64,000 bases of DNA. Origin: Trichinella spiralis. Taxonomy: Eukaryota. The stretch covers positions 870,487 through 934,486 of the forward strand of contig NW_003526943.1 of assembly GCF_000181795.1 (NCBI RefSeq), in the 5' to 3' direction. The position numbers and the translations under genes are program-made. Position 1 is the stretch's first letter. Every line of letters begins with the position of its first letter. The notes under the pieces were generated by a model. It was not told the DNA's origin, did no database searches, and saw only the letters and a list, made by a program, of their open reading frames with translations. Shown piece by piece: positions 39,310 to 51,400 of the stretch.

Positions 39310-40885
39310 CCCTTTCAGGCCCAGTGTATCAATTTTCATACATAATGTTTTATGCCCCATAGCTATTTACTGAAACGTGTTTGTTAACCATGATTGTGTT
39401 CTTGACACTTGTCTTAACAATATTTTATTGCCATTTTTTTCTCATCTTAGTAGATTTTTTATAATGCGCCCTGCTGTACAGGTAGGTGAGACGAAAAAAG
39501 ATGAATTTGCATTTTGTTGCATAAATTGAGAACTGAGCAGAATTTAAAGATAATAATTATTTTACTAGTAGATGTTGATGTGAAGATGATGTTAAAATTG
39601 ACAGAAGCCTCTAAAGTTTTTGGGGTGCTGAGTAGAGTTGATTAGATTACCTGTATCAATTTTGATACACTGAGTTTAAACGGAAATTGCACATCACATT
39701 TACTACCCTCAACCTACTCAGAATCGCTTGCCCAACCCCATTATGTCGAGGACCCACTGCCTTTTGAACCAGCAAATTATATATTAAAACTGTGCGAAAC
39801 GTTGCCAAAGAACAGAAACTACAAACTGTTCTTTGACAACTACTACACATTTCTTGAATTACAGCTGCGGCTAAAAAAATGGGAATCCCATTCTATGGGA
39901 CCATTAGACCAGACAGACTTCGTGGCTGCCAGCTGCTCTCTGAAAAAGATCTGAAGTCAAAGGGCAAAGGTGCTTATGACTTTAGAACTGTCGCTAAAAA
40001 AGGGATCATCGCAATTGCTTGGTATGACAACAGACGCGTCACAGTGACATCGACATATCTTGGTAAAAAACCAAAGTCAACTGTGAAAAGGTGGGATGGC
40101 AGACAACGAAAAGGTATTAACGTTGAAATCCCAAACATTTAAAAAAATTACAACATGAATATGGGTGGCATAGACCTGAACAACATGCTTGCTACTTTAT
40201 ACCGCATCGAACACAAAAGTCGAGAATGGACCCGTCGCATTTTCTTTTGGATCATCAGCACTGCCATGACAGATGCATGGCAACTGTATAAGAGGGACAG
40301 AAAAGAGATGCCTGTAACATGCACAGGCACACTGGACCTATTAAGCTTCACTTGCCAAGTTAGTCAGTCCTTGTGTCTTGTGAACAAGTCTATTGCAACT
40401 TCCAGAAGCCATTCTCGTGCGTATTCTCCGACACTACCCCTGACGTCAAGACGATTGGGAAGACGACCAACTGACGTCTCAAGAGAAGTAGCAAAGGACC
40501 AAACTAGCCACTGACCAAAAATCACTCAAACACTAAGAAGATGCAGACTGTGTTCTAAATTAGCGACGTGCCTGTGCAAAAAATGCAGTATTTACCTATG
40601 CCTAAGTAGCAACAGGAACTGCTTTACAGAATTTCATAAATAATTATTTGTCTGCCAATTACTGCATGCCTGCGTACATAAGAACAATAAACGTATGCAC
40701 ACTTAGTTATAGAAACGTGTACTCCTTTGAGGCCCAGTGTATCACTTTTGATACAGCTCTAAAAATGGCAATAATATTATTGCAACAATAAATCCTATTA
40801 GAATTTTCATACACACACCATAACATGTTTAAAACGCATATTTAAAAAAGATTGTTTTGCAGAAAAAAATGCTGATCTGAAAGGG
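39310..40885 (+). mobile_element. piggyBac family 2 (PGBD2/3-like transposase), internally deleted copy B
   Basis: TIRs CCCTTTCAG...CTGAAAGGG, with TTAA on the right and TTCA on the left. Transposase remnants KLFFDNYYT, GTIRPDRL, WYDNRRV, YNMNMGGIDLNN and C-terminal RRCRLC...CKKC...LC...NCFTEFH, with stops and frameshifts. Confidence 0.92.
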
Positions 40886-40905
40886 TTAATCGTATTTTTA
40901 ATTAA

Positions 40906-42148
40906 CCCTCATCCAGGCGGCAAATTTTACATCTTAATCTTGGCACCTGTCTACATATGTAAACACTAGAAGTTTCGTCATGCTTAGTCCCTGTACATGA
41001 TGTTAAAGTGATTATTTTTTCAAGAACTAATGATAATTCCACAAATAGATTATTTATTTTATTCAATGCAAGCGCTACACGATATTTTAGTGATTTTATG
41101 ACTGCTAAGTATATATTTTTTTACATGAATGGCAGCGGTTTTACACTGATTTTCGACGTCCTTACACTCGGCATTTTGATGGATTCTATCGTTTTATAAC
41201 TGATATCTGTAACATTTATGATTTTGGCAACTCCGTAGCGGATGAAGGGATGTTTAGTTTGTGCATAGATTTTTTCATTTTGAAACCTCATTTCGATGTG
41301 TTTGACCAGCTGAAAGCTCTCTCATAAAACGCTTTTTTATCTTCTGATAACTTTACTTATGTCTCATCAGTAAGAATGCGTTGTTGATGCACACCTCAAC
41401 AATGAAGTACAACATCAGCATGGTGTATCTGTTGGTCTTTCTTATACAGCAAAAATCTTCTATTCTTGCATCCATGCTATCCACGCCTCTTTTGCCAAGA
41501 TTTTAGTCATTCATGATGTTTGGTCTTTTGTCACCTTGCTGGTTGTCTACTTTCAACTTTGCGTGGCATGAAGTCAACAGAAGAACATTGCTGTTCTTCC
41601 TTGGCACATAATTGATCATCGTTATTCTTTTGTTGTGCTCATAAACAGCTAATGTGGAGTAGAGATCACGTCGCACTGCTTTACGCAAACATGCTGGATC
41701 ATCACGGCGATATGCAAAAATTGTACCAGCAGATGTATGACCATGCTCAAGAAGATGTTGCACAGTTGAATGTGATGTGAAATAACGGTCCATAAAAACG
41801 TTTTTGTTAGAGTTCACAAATCTACAGAAACTTTATCCCAGATTTCATAATGCACACGAACATGGACCACATTCAAAAATAATCAAAAATGTGGATTATT
41901 TCAGTATAATCATCAAAAAAAGAGAAAGTGTTATATGTCTACATATGTAGACCTGTGCACGGAATATGAATCGTAAACATGAAGCAATCGTTTGAAAACG
42001 TCACAGATGAAAAAAATTAGCTGTGCAGATAGAGCATAAAAATTTATCAAAAGTTGTGGAATGAATAAGGCTAATTATTTTTATTTAAATCACAGCACTG
42101 CTCCAAACATCGTTTGTCTACACATGTAGACAGGTGCCCGGATTAGGG
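40906..42148 (-). mobile_element. piggyBac family 1, deleted copy C (inverted relative to A)
   Basis: TTAA at 40902-40905, the same TIRs as copy A, and ATAA on the other side. It lacks the segment equivalent to about 35178-35605 of copy A. Confidence 0.95.
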
Positions 42149-43432
42149 ATAAAAATGTTATGAAATAAAGAGGCGTTTGAATCTGTATAAACAAATTATT
42201 GCAAAATGTTGAATCTAATTTATTGTTAATACACTGATACTGATTGGTAATGAAATACACTGATTTGCTGTCAATGTGCAGAACATATAATAGCCGTTAA
42301 ATGCGTGCAGCAAATATTAGAAGGCATTTTTGCAAAAATTTGAATGCTGTAATTTAAAAGACTAAAATTTCACAACCATTGCTATTGTAAAAATGGTAAC
42401 AGTTCTTTATTCTGTGCGCCGTGCAGTATCTGCACTTGATGCTAATTCAAACAGTGCATTTTATGTACTGTACATCTACATGTTTGCTGCGTTGCTGATA
42501 ATTTATGTAATTCATTTTTTGCAAACTGTTTTATTGTTTTAGAATGAATTGAATATAAACTCCTCTCCTTGCAAAACAACCTCTACAAATTTTTATATGT
42601 ATATTATTATACATTCTAAATATAATTACCTGAATTGAAGCAAAATACGCAATGATAATAATAATAATAATACACAAAATATTGCAGTGTTAAAGAGCAA
42701 ACAGTCAAGAAAAAATTTATAGTTTATTTTACACAGATTAATTTTATAACCGACCAGGATTATTCAATCGTTCTTCATTTCCATCTGCAATCTGCTGAAA
42801 TAAAATAATTGCCACCAAATATATTTGTAAATTGCAATATTTTAAAGTTGTAACAAAATAGATTATAAAAATTTCATAAGGACAGACAAGTTCTTCAGTT
42901 TATTAGAAAACTTTATTGCAAAATTATAGTAAAACATAAAAAGCGAGACATTTTAAATAACTTGATATGCATTGTATTTCTAGCAATGCTTATCGTACAT
43001 TGAATGTTATTAAAGTGTTTTCACATTCCATTATTAAAAACTTAAATTAAAGAACTGTTTAAAATGCTGACTTATTTACTGAAAATATTTTAAAAATAAT
43101 TAAATGTACTATTAATTCATTATGATATTAAATAACTAAGAAATTTTTCTTATTCTGTAGATGTTTCAGAAGAAAAATATTAATTACCGCAATTAATATT
43201 CAGTTATAAAGAAAAAAGAAGTTTTTTTGCACAAAGTGACATAATGGCGTTTAAATAAATATGAAATTTTTATTAAAATATTTTACATACAGTCGACTGA
43301 AAAGTAATTTACTAAACAGTAGCGAGTTACAACTTCCTTCAAGCAGTGTAAGCTGTGTTTAAAAAATTAAATCAGGTAAAAATGAAATTAAACTTAAATT
43401 TTAATATTAATAGAAAAAAGTAAAACACAGTA

Positions 43433-43985
43433 CCGTTAGTACAAACTACAAAGCTACAATGTCAATACAGTCAATGCAAATGATATGAACTGTCTAGCTT
43501 TAGTTATTTGAACATGATAAGTTTTGTTACCTTTTAGAAGTTGATATTTACAATATTCATTTACAAATAAGGCAGCTATGCGTTCAGGATATATTATGAC
43601 TTCACTCATTTGTGCAAACAATTATTATCAAACTAAATCAGCTCATTAATTCTTTTTAAAGTGACGTGAGAAAAATGATAAGCACTGAGAATTTAAATTT
43701 TGCACATTTCATAATGCTGATAATATTTTACAAAATCCACGTAGTGATTGCTAACGTTTCTGAACATAGCGCTTTCTACATTGTCAAGATGTAAAAATTC
43801 TTTTATGCAAAAATTAATAAAAATGTTAAAATAAGCGCAACAATAAAGCTTGACATTACGAAGAATACAATCATCATGATCAGCAACATCTGAATCTGCA
43901 TCATCAGCCACTAACATGCGAACACTGCTATGACGATCCGATGATGATAATGAAGGCAGCAGCTCATTTTCGTTGTTACTTTTTA
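43433..43985 (-). pseudogene. Remnant of multi-PAN gene copy 4 (acidic exon plus domain-4 exon)
   Basis: An acidic stretch ADDADSDVADHDD is followed by VDFVKYYQHYEMCKI*...CLH, homologous to VEIVKLYAFYEICEI...CLH of copy 2. Many stops. Confidence 0.6.
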
Positions 43986-44567
43986 GTAAATATGTAAAAA
44001 TTAATACGTATTTGAATTAGTCTAATTCTAATTCTAATTCTTAACACTGCTATTTAATTAACAATTAATTAGCTAATTGGCATGTACATCTTTATATATT
44101 GTCCACATTAAAATCGAATTAATTTAAAATACATTGAATTTTACATAAATGTGCAAATTTTAGTTTTGAAGCTTCTTAAATTCAACTGTAAAAAATAACT
44201 ATTTTGCATATTACAATGCAATATTAAGCAGCAGAAGCAAAAGCCGACAAATTTTTCTGTCAGTAAAAGAATGTCAGAACTGAAGTAAGCTTTAAATTAT
44301 AGTTTAAAATTTAATGATATGCCATAAATGAGCAATTTTACATGGAGTAAAATTAAAAATGCTTCTTTTATTACAATTATGCATAAATTGTGAACAGCAA
44401 TAGTAACTTTCAATTGTTTCCATATGTACTTGAAATGGAAAATAGTACTATACAAAAAATATTTATTGTAAATATTTTTTTGCAACAAATGACAGTATTT
44501 AGCCAGTTTTTTATGCAATCACTTCTTAAATCATTTCTACTAATACAGTTCATCACCACTTAAAATT

Positions 44568-47030
44568 TCAATGATATAACTGTTCTACATAATACCCCAG
44601 TGCGCAGTCTATAATTTCTCCAAATAATGTTCCATCCTTAACTTCGAAGAATTCATCATTTCTTCCGTTCATTAACAGTATGCATTCTCCAGATGTTGAA
44701 TAATTTATTGCTGAACATGGAATCTGCATGCTTTCCATAATGCATGATAGCAAACATTCATTAAAAGTTGTCACGTTGTTCAATTGTCTTAATTCTTTCC
44801 ATTGAGTCAAATTTTTTAATACATAAAATTCAACTTTGCATATCTGTCGAAGTTCTTCAAGGTAAAAATTGACCGGTTCAGGATTATCAATTCGTTCCAT
44901 TTCTCTGTCTAAAATGTCCAGTATTGCAACTTTAATTTAAAAATTTAGGTAACTTTTTTCATCTACGGTCATTTTATACAATATTTTGCAGTAATAATAG
45001 ATCTATTTCTTTACCACAGCAAGCTATCATGTCTCATGCTCATACATTTATAGAATATTAAAATGTTTTTCAAAGTTCACTTTATTATTCTTTTAGAATA
45101 TTCTTACAAACGGTAAAATTGTTAAGCGATTAAATAATTTAATGTGCATTTTGTCTTGATTGCTATTAAAATTATTTCAATACATCGTTTGCTTAAAAAC
45201 CTTACCTTTAGCACATGCTAGAATGCTTACAAATTCCTCACACGGTTCTATTAGATATTTGTTTGCATCATTTGCATGAGACAATAATTTGCACCTTCGA
45301 TTTAATCGCGAAAATAAAACTGCACTGCATCGTGATTCACCATGCATATTATCACGACAGCGATGCAAGCACATGTTTAGCGTCCATACAGGATCATTGA
45401 ATGTAAATACTGAAACATAATCTATTTCAGTGATAATTCGTCGTTGAATATGACAAATCTCCATAAATTTATGCAATTTAGCAGTTTCCACAGAAGAATC
45501 TTGTACTAACGCATCGTTCGCTTCAGCTGCCAAAGCATCTGCAATAAAAATTTGTTAAAATGGGCAATAAAAAAGAGGTTTTTTAAAATAATCTGAATTA
45601 CTTCCATTACTATAAGAATATACTTCTTCATCATCATTTTCTGATAAATTTGAAAAATCATGTATATTTGTGAGGTGCTGGATTGGCAACGTCGTTGCTA
45701 TTAAAACAGATTGAAACACATTTAGCATATTCAATTTCAAATTTTTATTTGTTGAATTATGTATTTTTACTTTTCTGACAGTCGAATGCATCTTAACACT
45801 AGTGAAAAAAATGCTGCTTAAGAAAAACTAAAATTGAAATTTCAGTTATATAGTTGCTGCTTTTTGATATTTATGTTTGCACAACTGTCAAATATTAATC
45901 TTAACTTGTAATTTGAATTTCACCTAATTATTTTTAAAATTCATTTTTTTAAATGAATGAATAAATAAATAAATAAATAATGATGTCTTTTTGATTATTT
46001 TGAGTAAGAAATAGCACAATTATACCTGGTTTGCAGCTCTTGACTACAAAAATAGGCAATCCTAAATTTTCTGAATCACTTTCAACTGTATCATTTAGAG
46101 AAAGATAAAAACATAGACAAGAATATCCATTTTCAGCATAATAAATGGCATCACAAGAGGCAGTCTTTATATAGCCGTTCAAGCAAATAGCAAGGCAATG
46201 AGCAAACTCCACTGGGGAGAAAAGACTTGTTATGTATGAAAAATATCTTTGCTGCAAGCGCTTCTTTTCTATTTTGCATTCCATTAGAATTTGTTCATTG
46301 AATATATAGAATTCAAAGCTGGATTGCGCAACTGGGAAATCATAATTCGGTACGACTGGCATTCTACCTAAAATCAACTGTTCAATGCGGAATTGTTTTA
46401 CTAGCCGAGATTAGCTTAAAAAAATGCTTATTGAATAGTAAATTTCTTACTGAATTCACAATGCTTGATGGAATAAAATTCAGCATAGTTTCTTCTAATG
46501 GTGCCACTTTCTTGATCAGGGGTCATTATAATCCAAAAAAGGACAAATTCCTTCTTCACGTGAAAAATAATACAGCGTTACAGGGAATTGGTCCAGTTCA
46601 AATACTCGGCCAGTGAGCAAAACCATGTTAGTATTTTCAACCATAGCACTTTATGCAATCGGTTTGCAGCAAAAATTATTTTTTAAACGGGAAGCCGTTC
46701 CAATAATGCATATTTCAATTAAAACCGGCCAAAGAAACCCATGTTTAACCTTAGTGACGTTTCTTTTATTTTTTCCCTTTTTCAGGCAAAATTTTTCAAC
46801 CGAGAATTGGTTAAATGGAAAGCAAATAAGAAATAGTCGGGAAAAATCAAATCTGATTAAAAATTAAATTTAAATTAAAATTATAAAGCAAAAACAATTA
46901 GCATTAGAAGTAGACGTTTCGAATTATCAATAACAATGAATTATTTATGAATAAAAATTACAATTCTCTTACCGTCTAAACAAGTATGCAACATGTAAAA
47001 ATGTGTATTTGATGAATTATCACCACCTCC
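44568..47030 (-). CDS. Secreted multi-PAN/Apple-domain protein, copy 5 (5' end runs into the assembly gap)
   Basis: Intact PAN exons at 44568-44908, 45203-45540 and 46025-46367, and an acidic exon at about 45600-45700. The exon at about 46450-46760 is frameshifted, probably from low-quality sequence. Another exon enters the gap at about 46972. Confidence 0.75.
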
Positions 47031-47266
47031 NNNNNNNNNNNNNNNNNNNNNNNNNNNNNNNNNNNNNNNNNNNNNNNNNNNNNNNNNNNNNNNNNNNNNN
47101 NNNNNNNNNNNNNNNNNNNNNNNNNNNNNNNNNNNNNNNNNNNNNNNNNNNNNNNNNNNNNNNNNNNNNNNNNNNNNNNNNNNNNNNNNNNNNNNNNNNN
47201 NNNNNNNNNNNNNNNNNNNNNNNNNNNNNNNNNNNNNNNNNNNNNNNNNNNNNNNNNNNNNNNNNN
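47031..47266. other. Assembly gap (N run)
   Basis: 236 consecutive N characters. Confidence 1.
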
Positions 47267-48425
47267 TGACTGTTCTTTACAGAGGTTGTTACTGCTGTTG
47301 GGTAGTGAAAAATAAGAATAACTATTTAACTTATTTTTGTATCTTTTTTTCTGAATTATTACTAACGCATTTGATATAACGTCAGTCTGGTACAGTAAAA
47401 TATAGAATAGTGATAAAAATTATTATTGAAAACGTTGATCACTAAAAAGTATAACTTCACTAATAATATATTGGAAAATCAAAATTACAATGAATTATAA
47501 AGCTTATAAATCTGGATTGAAACAATTCCCAAATAAGAAATATTTTCATTACTAATGTTACGTCACCACAATTAAAGTTACGTAATCCTAAATGGAAAAT
47601 TTGAACCAATGAAATGAAAAAATATTGCAGCTAAATCACAACTGAAAAGTTTGAATCAATTAGGAATTAGACAAGGAAAACCAATAAGACAACGACAAGA
47701 AGGTCCAATAAAATAGCGAGTTCAACGACCAGTAAAATTAGACGGTGAAAATTTGTCCCGAAATCGACCATCCCATTTGCTCTATTAGAATGCAGAGGGA
47801 GATGCATACATGATGTTATTATATATATCGGCAATGAAGTTTTTTCTGATTACAATTGATTTGTATTTTTTGCATAACTGCTGAAAAAGGGTAATTTTAT
47901 GATAGTCCATTGATGTACTGTGTGCGACATATAGAAGAAATTTTTTTTGATATTGTAACAGACAGATGCACAATTTTTTCTTCTCAAATATAATTAGTTT
48001 CTTCTGAAATAAACCGGTGTATTTATGTTACACTACTTGTACACTGTCTGGTTCATTTTACATTTGCTCATTATTCTGACAATTGTTTAAAGTTGAAAAT
48101 ATAGAACAAACGAATCAACAACGCCTATTGATAACATGTACGTTATCAGTGTAATTCGAGAAATCAAAAGAACAAAAGTGAAAATTTTGTCTCCTGAATG
48201 TTTAGATTTATTATTTTTCATCTAAAAATCCAATTAAAGTTATGGTTTTTATGTGTAAATTGTTCAATAACTGCTCACTGCGGTTGCATACCTCTGTTGG
48301 TTGTTGAAGGGAAGAAAGAGAAAATACAAAAGAAAAATAAAAGGATACGCAAAGAGGCAAGGGTAAAAATTTTTAATGCAAATAAACGACTAAATGGCTT
48401 TTCCGTTGTGGAACTTTGTTCGTGG

Positions 48426-51400
48426 TCATCGACGCCTGACTGGACCGCGGTCGGTCATCGGTGTCGAAGTGATCGAACAGCGTTTAGTGGCTGTCCGGGG
48501 AGTGAAGGATCTCGACCTGGCAACTGCAGACAAATTCGACGAACGAACCACTGAAACTCTGTCGGCTAGTGAAAACGAGCAACGGCTGTGCTGCAAAATG
48601 AGCCGACCGTCGCCTTGAGCTGGTGTCGCCAAATATGACAACTGACCACTGCATAATTGACACAAATGCGAAGAATAACCGTCGGCAAGAACCTGTGAAA
48701 AGCAAAGCAAATCGACTCGAATGCAATCACAAGCAAACATACAAACAAACAAACAAACAAACAGAAAACAAAAATCAAAATAAACAATCCCATTACTAGG
48801 CATTCGTGATGCAACTTTTTGGAAACTCTTCCAAGAGCAAAAATTCGACTCGCCGGCAGGCCAAGTTCCGCATATCCGCGAATATCCTTGGCGGAACCGT
48901 AAGCGACGTGAATGCGCAGACCACAGTCGGTGATCAACGATTTCAGTGTGTTCGTCTTTTGTTTGAGCAAATCAGTCGAGAAGCCTTCGTTGAAGAACAA
49001 CAAACCAAACGGAAAATTATGCTCCACCAACCAAGTGGTGACAATTCGTTGCTGCAAGTCCGGCCTGGCCGATATGTAGACAATCAAATATCCCAAATCT
49101 TGCCAATGACGAACCACGTCCACAGCCGACGGTCTGACACGAGGATTTTTGCCGGTCAACGAAACGCTGGCCGTGAACGAACCATCTATACTGAACACCA
49201 CGCATTCAGTATCCCGCGGTAGAACGGCCAGTGACATGTCCAAGCTGGAATTGTCGCCCCGAACAACCATCCGCACTGGATACAGACCAACGGGCAATCG
49301 TTGACCGTTGGTCAATTCGAACCTCAGTCGACCGTGACTGTCGGTCAACGTTGAACCGTACAGCGTCCACTCGCCGGTTTGTACATCGCGCATTATGTTC
49401 ACGTCCACCAGCTCACCGCTCAAAGCAACCATGTCAAAAGGACCGTACATAAATCTCGCCTAAAAATTATTAGTATAAAAAGTAATAAATGAACAAATAT
49501 ACAAGTATCATTCTAACTTGCAAAATTTGGTCCTGATTTTCATTCACAGCAACGTCATTGGCCCTGTGATTGGCAGCGATATTTTTCACTTTCAACGTGG
49601 TGTGCCATTTGAGCCATTTGTCAGCGGATTTTGCCTCGACCAGCGAGCCCGCTTGACGATTTTCATTCCAAAAAACATCACCGCAAATAAATTGACGCAA
49701 TATGAACGCACACACGTCTTTCGATTCCCAAAAGCTGGCGTGGAAAATATCCGACAACGATGCAAGGGGCAATTTGATCAAATCGACCGGTGAAAAAAGA
49801 GCATAATCAAGCCGCTTACATCCCCACCATTTCGACAACAAGGTTGATATTCGATCGGCTGATTTCAAATCTGTGAAATTAAAAAAAAATCACTCTTCTT
49901 CTATTCAAATAATGTGAAAATTTGACTGTTGCATCATACATACTGTTTTCTGATCGACCGTATTCACTGCTCAGAGAGGCGACACTGCGTCGTCTGTGGA
50001 ACAATGGATTCTTTTCCAGATTGGGTGTCAGTGAATGCTTCTCAGTAGCAAACAACGGAACACAATCGAGAATATGCATCGACTGACCGTCGCCCAGCGG
50101 AAAACGCTCATAGCGCGGTATATTTACCGGCGGTATGACAGAAAATTCAGTCAAAAGCAGCGGTTCAATGCGCACTGAACACGGATCTGTCGCGTAATAC
50201 AAATTGTACACTTGCTCGCATCGTGGTGCGGGAAATGCAAACGAGTCTACAATAAAACAATGTTTCGTTGAAAATTTTTACTACAAAATATTCAAATTTC
50301 TTTCAAAATAAATATCACTGTCAATCTAGATCTTTTGGATGCTGTTTTTTTAATTATTCACAACACCAAATGAAATTATAATAAAGATAATCATAATAAT
50401 GGAATAAAGAAAAAGAAGAAGAAATCAATCAAGTTTCACTTATTATTTATTCAATAAAAGCTGATCATCAATATTAATTGCAACAGATAATTAAGAATAA
50501 CAGTATTAAACTTGTAAAAATAGCATCTCCACTATAAAATTTGAAATTAATCATATTATTAAAAAAATCTTCTGAAATGGTTTTCAAAAGAAAAAAAAAG
50601 TATTTTAAAACTTGATCTGCAAAAAGCATGTGTTCTTGACATGTGAAATGCATCAACCAGTGCAAATGAGATGACTATTCATGTGACACATTACGTAACG
50701 TTCATCATCAAGTGACAGTTGCTTAAAAGAGAAAAAAAAATTCACATCGCTTCCTCTATTCTTATCATTCCTTCGATAAATTTTTAGTCAGAAAAAAATG
50801 ACGCAAATTAAAAGCCGCTTCTAGGAAGTAACAATTTCGCATACCCGACCGGCAAGTGACGAAATTAAATTAAGCTCCACATATTACATTCGACTAAATA
50901 GCAAACATGTTTAAATTTAAATTTCAACCGCATATTTAGCAATTGAAACAACTGAACTTGACGTGAGAGAAATATTTTTTTTTGATGAAAATATTTTTTC
51001 TTGAAAATTTTCATATTAATAAATTGCATTAAAGTTGCACACAAATTAATAAATGCTCACTCGGATTGTTGGCAATTTTGCGCATCACCAGCACATAACC
51101 CAACGATGTACCGAACAAGAACAAATGTTGAACAGGAAATGCAAATTCAGAACTTGCTGAATTGTCACCATCAACAACAACCATTTTGGACAATCTGCCA
51201 GAGTTATCATTGTCAGCTTCTGTTCCAAGAGAGGATTCACCAACTAAACTTGTACTACAAGAAGCGACGGATGATGGAATGGGAGTGAATTTCTGAAAAA
51301 CCAAAAATTCAATATATTGAATAAAACAAAAATTAAATTAAATTAAAATATAATTAAATTGAAGAAATCATTTTTTTTCCATTACCCGTTGTTGATCTAC

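Noticed and set aside
46450..46870. Multiple frameshifts in the D2 exon of PAN copy 5 suggesting pseudogenisation
   Set aside because: The indels cluster in homopolymers next to the assembly gap while the other exons are clean, so low-quality sequence is more likely.
47003..47269. ORF of X residues
   Set aside because: Artefact of the N gap.
47600..47710. Cluster of CCAAT pentamers upstream of PAN copy 5
   Set aside because: Weak flanking consensus in AT-rich DNA, so it cannot be distinguished from chance.
50695..50722. Candidate 27-nt microexon in an rdgB intron
   Set aside because: In the intron's phase it introduces stops, and there is no evidence it is used.
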